The position numbers were made by a program, and so were the translations under genes. From IMG/VR virus record IMGVR_UViG_3300042276_000826: a DNA stretch of 30,985 nucleotides, one strand, 5' to 3'. The stretch's first letter is position 1. Each line of letters starts with the position of its first letter. The DNA is from an uncultured virus (IMG/VR IMGVR_UViG_3300042276_000826). Lineage: Duplodnaviria; Heunggongvirae; Uroviricota; Caudoviricetes. Positions 24,992-30,985 of this stretch are shown piece by piece. The notes beneath the pieces were generated by a model. The model saw nothing but the letters and a program-made list of their open reading frames with translations. It was not told where the DNA came from and did no database searches.

Positions 24992-25131
24992 CAAAAACAA
25001 AAGATATAAACGGTATGCAGTTAAATTTAAGATATATCATTTTAAAAGAGATCGATATTATGTAGCAAAGGCACAAGACTAAAAAATCCCTTTTTGATAC
25101 AATAATCTCATATTAATCTAAAAGGTTACTT

Positions 25132-25596
25132 ATGAGCAAACACCCTTTATACAACGAAACAGGATTGTTAAAAAACAACAAACCTCATGTTCTTTATGCC
25201 TTAGCCAATAAACAAATGGAGCTAAAGGAGCTTCAAAGAGAGTATGAGGCTAGAATTGCCCAAATTAAACTTGATTTAACTGCTGTTGAAATAACCATTT
25301 GTCTCTTTGATGAAAATGGCAGAGATACCATTAACCGACTCAATGGGGTTAAAAAAAGAGCTTCCAGTCCACGTCTCTTTAAGAACGGTGAATTAACTGC
25401 GTTGGTGATAAAGTGTATTAAAGAGAGCGATACACCCATTACTAATAAAGAGATTGCGTTAAAAATAAGAACGATTAAAGGCATTGAGACAGATATTTGG
25501 GTTAAAGTCAAAGATTGCACAAAGAATTTATCAAACAGAGGAATTATAGTCAATACCGATAAGTATGCAAGAGAGTGTGTTTATGCGATTGCATAG
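25132..25596 (+). CDS. IS1595-associated coiled-coil + winged-HTH-like accessory protein
   Basis: Clear homologue of 12961-13458. Confidence 0.85.
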   Translation: MSKHPLYNETGLLKNNKPHVLYALANKQMELKELQREYEARIAQIKLDLTAVEITICLFDENGRDTINRLNGVKKRASSPRLFKNGELTALVIKCIKESDTPITNKEIALKIRTIKGIETDIWVKVKDCTKNLSNRGIIVNTDKYARECVYAIA

Positions 25597-25649
25597 GGTA
25601 AAGTGCCTATACGTTTCGTTATAGGCTTTTGTTTGCAGTCAACAAGTGG

Positions 25650-26668
25650 TTATGCACCTAATCGTTCTGTTAACCTCTTGTTGCCTTGCCAATACCCACA
25701 AAACTCATTACTCACCAATGAGTTTAAACACTTTGTTAAAATATCATCAAAGATTTCTTTATTGGATAGTCTTCTTGTATCTTCTCTGTATGCAATCTCA
25801 TTGGCATAGTTTGATAAATATAAATTCCCAATCTTATGACATTGCCCGTATTGCATTCTTCTAAATCGTGCATTATAAGATTCACTTTGATTGTTGTTTT
25901 CACCATATACCCCACTGTACTCTACTTGATGATTCACTCTGTTCATATTGTAGTGTGCGGTTAAATCATCATAGGCATTTGATTCATCGGCATGGATTGA
26001 TGAACCCACTTTGATATGGTTATAGGCAATCTCTCTTACCTCTTGTGAGTTTTCAGATTTTAACACAAAGGTTTTAGTTTTAACTGCTCCCACACACTTA
26101 CTTGACTCTTCTGCTCTTTGTCTTAAAGAGATAATGACTCTTTTATTGGGTTTATGTACTTTTCTTCTGTCCACTCTTTTTTCAATTTGATTTTTAGGTC
26201 TTACATAACCATTAACATATACCCCGTCCATTTCACACGTTCCCTCAAACTTTTCATCACTGTTATAATCCATAAGTGATTCTCTGATTTTATGAGATAA
26301 AAAACCCATGCGGTTTTATATTGCACATCCAAATCTCTTGATAACTGCAAAGCTGAAATGGATTTAACGGCATTGGTAAATAGGGCAATGGCTAAAAGGT
26401 AAATTTGTAACGGTTTTTTATGCGAAGCAAAAAGAGTGCCACTTGTAACACTAAAAGTATGAAAGCACTCTTTGCATCGGTATTGAAATCGTGTTTTTAA
26501 AAAGTAGTGCTTTTTAACTGAACCACAACAAGGACAAACAGGCTCCCCGTTGGTTTGATTCCAACGAATTGTTTTAAACATTTCAAAGGCTTCTTTATCG
26601 CTCATGGTGGCGATTTTTAAAATTGATAGGTTTCTTGCTTTTGATGATAAAAGATAGTGTTGAGACAT
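25650..26668 (-). pseudogene. IS1595-family transposase, frameshifted at a GGGTTTTTTA run (~26298-26307)
   Basis: MSQHYLLS, CPCC..CKEC, SALQLSR..YKTAWV / LSHKIRE, CEMDG, HADE, NQSESYNARFRR. Confidence 0.9.
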
Positions 26669-26824
26669 TTGAAATCCTTTTGATTAAACTATGTAGTAAT
26701 TATACATAAATATGTATTAAATAGAACTTAGCATAATACATTAATATATCAATAGTTGATATATAATTATCTATAAGAAACATATTTAAGCTTCGTAAAA
26801 GTCTTTATTGGCTAGACTTATCAA

Positions 26825-27070
26825 ATGAAATTAAACGACTTAATAAACAAAATTCATAAAACCATTGAAGCCAAAGAGATAGCAAATGTTACTCAGCCTG
26901 ATATGGCAAAAAGAATTGGGGTAAGCCCTAGAACATATACAGAGTACAGCAGAGGTGTCAATCAACCATTAGCTATGAAAGCATTATTAAATATGCTTAA
27001 TGAGTTGGAAGATGAAGATATTATAAAGATTGTAAGGCTCTGGAAAAATAAAGATGAAAAAGGTTTATAA
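26825..27070 (+). CDS. XRE-family HTH regulator, controller-like
   Basis: TQPDMAKRIGVSPRTYTEYSRG; TAATG-coupled to the RM gene. Confidence 0.85.
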   Translation: MKLNDLINKIHKTIEAKEIANVTQPDMAKRIGVSPRTYTEYSRGVNQPLAMKALLNMLNELEDEDIIKIVRLWKNKDEKGL

Positions 27071-30000
27071 TGGGAAATGCTGATTATTTTTATAAAATTG
27101 ATAATTCAAAAACAGCTATTATTGTTGAAGCTAAACAAGAACTTGACAAAAAACATATAAAAAATTTAGATAATGGTGGCGATGAGGCACTTTTATTTAA
27201 TAGTGAAGATTTATCAACAGATATTTCTAAAACACAAGCATATAAAATCCCCAAAAGAAAGATTAAAAGCTACTTGCATAAAAAAGTGGTTGATTATGAT
27301 AAATATTCTGACTATACTAAAAAAATAATTTCAATTTTAAACCAATTTATAACCGATTTAAAAGACAAAAAACTTAATTCAAAAGAAGAAAATGTTAAAA
27401 AGTATATTATTGAGCCAATACTTGATTTAGCTGAATATAATCGTGGTTCTATGGAGCATGGGATTGATAATGAAAAGTACAAGTCACCCGAAGAACAAAT
27501 TAAATCATATCTTATGGCAAAAGAGTTTATAGAATATAAAGTTTATGGGATTTTAACAAATGGGTTGGTTTGGAAATTATTTTATAAAGACAAAGATGGC
27601 TTTCTTTCAAACGAGTCTATTGCAATATTTGACTTAACACTTTTATTGGATGATTCAATTTTAGATAGTGAAAAAAATAAATTATGTGCATATTTTATAG
27701 AAATATTCAAATTTAACAATTTATTGGCAAGTGAAAAAAATTTTAAATGTTCTTTAATGGATAATTTATTGGAGATTGATGATTGTATTTATGCTGAAAG
27801 TTTAGACTTAAGTGAAAGATTATTTAAAAATATAGTTGATAAAGGGTATATTGAACTTGCAAGTGGTATCGCTTCTGCGTCTAAAAAAAATAAAATAAAC
27901 CTTTCTTCTGAGCAATTAGAACAGTATTCTATGAAAATATTATTTAGATTAATATTTATTCTCTATGCGGAAGCAAGAGGGTTTTTGCCATTAAATCAAA
28001 CCACCTACTATAATAGATATTCTTTGGAATCTATTGCAATACAACTTGGCAAGAATAAAGAAAAAGACACTCCGATTGAAGATGACCTTTGGGCGAGAGT
28101 AAATGACCTATTTAGAACTATTGATAATGGAAAAATGGGGGGAAACATTAAAGTTCCTGTTTATAATGGTGGGTTATTTAGAGAGTATAAAGACGATTTA
28201 TTAAATAAAATTTATATTGAAAATAAATATTTAATCGAAGTTCTTTTTTCCCTTATTTACCACGAAAAAAAAGTTACATACGATAGAATAGATTATAACT
28301 TATTAGATGTAAAATATATTGGAACTATTTATGAAAAACTATTGGATTATAAAATTGTTGAGTTTGATGGAAAATATAGCTTAAAAGCAAAAGGTGAAAA
28401 TAATAAAAGAAAAGGACTTGGTGCATATTATACTCCTGATAATGTAACAGCATATATGATAAAAGAGAGTTGCGACAAGAAAATTAACTTATTTAAAGAT
28501 GAGTTTAAAAATGCCTATAATACTGTCACTTTAGCAAATATAGATACTTTACAAGATTTTTGCGTAATCAAGAGGCTTTTTGATTTAAGAATAATAGATA
28601 TTTCATGTGGAAGTGGGCATTTTTTAATTGACACAATAGAATACTTGTCTAATGCTTGTTTAGAACTTAAAGATTTTTACGAAGATTATAAAGATTTTAA
28701 AAGTGAAACGATTGCACTTATTAAACAAAAACAAGAAAGTATAAATAGCCATGATGAATTTATTACAAGCTCTTTAGATAAAGCCACTTTTAGAGATGTA
28801 TGTAAAAGATTTATACTAAAAAAGTGCATTTATGGAATTGACATAAACCCTTTAGCAACAGACATTACAAAGTTTGCCATTTGGCTAGAAACTTTTATTG
28901 TTGGAATACCATTGTCTTTTATGGACAATCATATAAGATGTGGGAATTCTGTTTTAGGTTTTATTGATAATATTTATTATGATATTGATTTATCAAAATT
29001 ATCATCTGCAAAAGGTAATCTTTTTTTAGACGACCTAGTTCAAACTTTTGATAAAAAGAAAAAAGAAATTCTTGGGTTGATAAATGATATTAGTATTTTA
29101 TCTAACTCAATAAATACCAATACAGATATAACAACAAAAGAGATTGAAAACAATTATGCAGATTATTCTAAAATTGACAGCAAAGTTCAGTATATAAAAT
29201 TTAATCTTATACCTTTGACTATATTTTATTATATGCTAAAAGATGACTCAATTTTAAAAACATTGAATACAAAAGCAAATATACATATTTTAAATAAAAT
29301 TCTTGAAATTTTTAATGATGCTATAAATTACACTGATATTGTTGAATTTACTCAAACATATTATATTTATAGTAAAAAACCCGAAGTCTTATATGATGAG
29401 ATTAAAAAGCATCAAATCAACAAGGATTTTTTTAATGAAATGCTTGTTTTTATTAAAGAAAAAAGAGAGCAATTATCAAACAAAATATCAAGCATTATAG
29501 ATACGGTTTATAATCACAATTTCAATAACTGGTTCATAGAGTTCCCAAATATCAAATTCGATATAGTAATAGGAAATCCACCGTATGTAAGGGCTGATAC
29601 TGATGGAGATTTTGCACAGCAAAGAGAGGTTATATTAAACTCATTTGACTATGAAACACTCTATGAGAAATGGGATTTAATGATGGCTTTTATAGAAAGA
29701 GGATTTAAACTATTAAAAGATGATGGAATTTTATCTTTGATTATAAAAGATGATTATTTAAAAGCCAAATATGCCTCAAAATCAAGAGATTATTTTATTG
29801 AAAATGCAAAAATAAATAGGATAGATTTTTTGAGTGATATTCAGGTGTTTAGTGGTGTTGGGGTTAAAAATATCATTTTAGAATATCAAAAATCTTCTAA
29901 TGACACTAATATTCCATTAAGATTAAAGCACAATGGTTCATTTGGAAGTTGTCAAGAATTAGATACTGATTTGCAAAGTGTTTTAAATGAGAATATATTT

Positions 30001-30759
30001 AATGAAATTGCAATTACCTCACAGAATACACAATATGATAATTGTGTTGAATGGGGGGGGATTTTCTATCTCAGCGTAGGAATGGTTCTTCAATCAGATG
30101 AAAAAAGAGCAAAAGGCTTATTTGTAAAAGATGATTTGATAAGTAGTTTTGAAGACAATACACATACTAAGCCATATATTGAGGGTAAAGATATTGAAAC
30201 TTATAAAATAGAGAGAATACGATATTTAGAGTGGGGAACAAGTAGAAGCCCAGCCTTACTAAGAAGACCAACATTTTCCGAACTATATATCTATCCTAAA
30301 ATTATGATGGGAAGCATGACATCAGGTATTTACGATGATACTGGACTTGTTTCAAATCATAGTGTATTGATTTCCACAAAGTGGGATAATTTGGCTTTAG
30401 TGGATAATAAAAGCATCAATATGTCAATAGGAAAATATTATAGTGTAAAAGGGGATGAAATACAGTCAATAAAAGATGATTTAATATTAAATTCAAAAGA
30501 TTTTAACATTAAATATTGTTTATCAATTTTAAATTCTTCTTTCGCAAAAAGATTCTTTGAAACAATAGGAAGAAGTAGTGTTGGGCTTTACCCCGATGAT
30601 GTTAAAAAACTACCCATAAAAAAAATACCGCTACATGAGCAAGAAGTTTTTGCACAAAAAGTAGATGGAATAATTAAGCTTAAAAAAGATTTACTCAATC
30701 AAGATACTGCTATACTTGAAAAAGAACTTGATGATATGGTGAGCAAACTATATGAATAA
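27070..30759 (+). CDS. Type IIG (Eco57I-like) fused restriction-modification enzyme
   Basis: D..EAK, Q..SY, GILTNG..W; YNGGLF, GAYYTP, DISCGSGHFL, GIDINP, VIGNPPY; TaqI-C-like tail SILNS..LPI. Confidence 0.9.
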   Translation: MGNADYFYKIDNSKTAIIVEAKQELDKKHIKNLDNGGDEALLFNSEDLSTDISKTQAYKIPKRKIKSYLHKKVVDYDKYSDYTKKIISILNQFITDLKDKKLNSKEENVKKYIIEPILDLAEYNRGSMEHGIDNEKYKSPEEQIKSYLMAKEFIEYKVYGILTNGLVWKLFYKDKDGFLSNESIAIFDLTLLLDDSILDSEKNKLCAYFIEIFKFNNLLASEKNFKCSLMDNLLEIDDCIYAESLDLSERLFKNIVDKGYIELASGIASASKKNKINLSSEQLEQYSMKILFRLIFILYAEARGFLPLNQTTYYNRYSLESIAIQLGKNKEKDTPIEDDLWARVNDLFRTIDNGKMGGNIKVPVYNGGLFREYKDDLLNKIYIENKYLIEVLFSLIYHEKKVTYDRIDYNLLDVKYIGTIYEKLLDYKIVEFDGKYSLKAKGENNKRKGLGAYYTPDNVTAYMIKESCDKKINLFKDEFKNAYNTVTLANIDTLQDFCVIKRLFDLRIIDISCGSGHFLIDTIEYLSNACLELKDFYEDYKDFKSETIALIKQKQESINSHDEFITSSLDKATFRDVCKRFILKKCIYGIDINPLATDITKFAIWLETFIVGIPLSFMDNHIRCGNSVLGFIDNIYYDIDLSKLSSAKGNLFLDDLVQTFDKKKKEILGLINDISILSNSINTNTDITTKEIENNYADYSKIDSKVQYIKFNLIPLTIFYYMLKDDSILKTLNTKANIHILNKILEIFNDAINYTDIVEFTQTYYIYSKKPEVLYDEIKKHQINKDFFNEMLVFIKEKREQLSNKISSIIDTVYNHNFNNWFIEFPNIKFDIVIGNPPYVRADTDGDFAQQREVILNSFDYETLYEKWDLMMAFIERGFKLLKDDGILSLIIKDDYLKAKYASKSRDYFIENAKINRIDFLSDIQVFSGVGVKNIILEYQKSSNDTNIPLRLKHNGSFGSCQELDTDLQSVLNENIFNEIAITSQNTQYDNCVEWGGIFYLSVGMVLQSDEKRAKGLFVKDDLISSFEDNTHTKPYIEGKDIETYKIERIRYLEWGTSRSPALLRRPTFSELYIYPKIMMGSMTSGIYDDTGLVSNHSVLISTKWDNLALVDNKSINMSIGKYYSVKGDEIQSIKDDLILNSKDFNIKYCLSILNSSFAKRFFETIGRSSVGLYPDDVKKLPIKKIPLHEQEVFAQKVDGIIKLKKDLLNQDTAILEKELDDMVSKLYE

Positions 30760-30985
30760 AACTCAAACCCTAGAATACAATAAACAAACGGGCAAAATAA
30801 CCCTCAATACCTACACAGATGATGAGTTCCTTGAAAGAGAACTCGACATTACAGAACAAGTTACTGCTTTGGTGTTGGATAAGCTTTATGATGAGTATGG
30901 CTTAGATGAGGGGGATGAGTTGTTGATTACTAAAAAGAAATCTTTAAAAGAGCATACTAAAATTAAACTAGAGTCTAAGAGATGA
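30752..30985 (+). CDS. Conserved small terminal passenger protein (homologue of 7192-7455)
   Basis: YNKQTGKITL..DITEQV..LDKLYDE; overlaps the RM gene stop. Confidence 0.8.
   Translation: MNKTQTLEYNKQTGKITLNTYTDDEFLERELDITEQVTALVLDKLYDEYGLDEGDELLITKKKSLKEHTKIKLESKR

Larger units (their letters stand above)
25053..30985. mobile_element. Second IS1595-family cargo transposon carrying a Type IIG RM gene (other end outside the window)
   Basis: TIR-like CGATATTATGTAGC at 25053 (11/14 to the first element's TIR); same gene order as 7147-13552, inverted. Confidence 0.8.

Noticed and set aside
1259..25864. Numerous antisense or nested ORFs in the ORF track (e.g. 3858, 7670, 9160, 19228, 24188, 25233)
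   Set aside because: Shadows of well-supported genes, lacking RBSs and motifs
20941..26668. CRISPR-associated transposon (type IV guiding IS1595)
   Set aside because: The cas genes lie outside the TIR at 25053, there is no TniQ/TnsC, and the sister element inserted elsewhere without cas genes

Overview
AT-rich plasmid-like segment; a Campylobacterota/epsilonproteobacterial host is my impression, not established. From left to right: (1) a cluster of small acidic hypothetical genes preceded by a repeated, covarying ~95-bp structured leader; (2) parAB with two 25-bp parS/operator-like repeats; (3) a three-layer nest in which a recD2 remnant is interrupted by an IS605-type element (tnpB plus divergent tnpA; predicted ends 5433/13741), whose tnpA is in turn interrupted by a 6.4-kb IS1595-family cargo transposon (23-bp TIRs, 8-bp TSD) carrying a Type III RM system; (4) a replicon with 21-bp iterons and an unusually long Rep_3-type initiator, followed by two inverted recombinase-like sites around a strand-skewed segment; (5) a type IV CRISPR-Cas locus with divergent dinG and the order cas6-csf3-[CRISPR array]-csf1-csf2, with the array inside the gene cluster and no cas1/cas2 in the window; (6) a second, sister IS1595 cargo transposon with the same backbone but a Type IIG RM cargo, running off the window end. 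The most notable items are the intra-operon type IV array, the pair of RM-carrying IS1595 elements that share two accessory genes and have transposases broken at the same motif, and an apparently permuted nuclease domain in the Type IIG enzyme.
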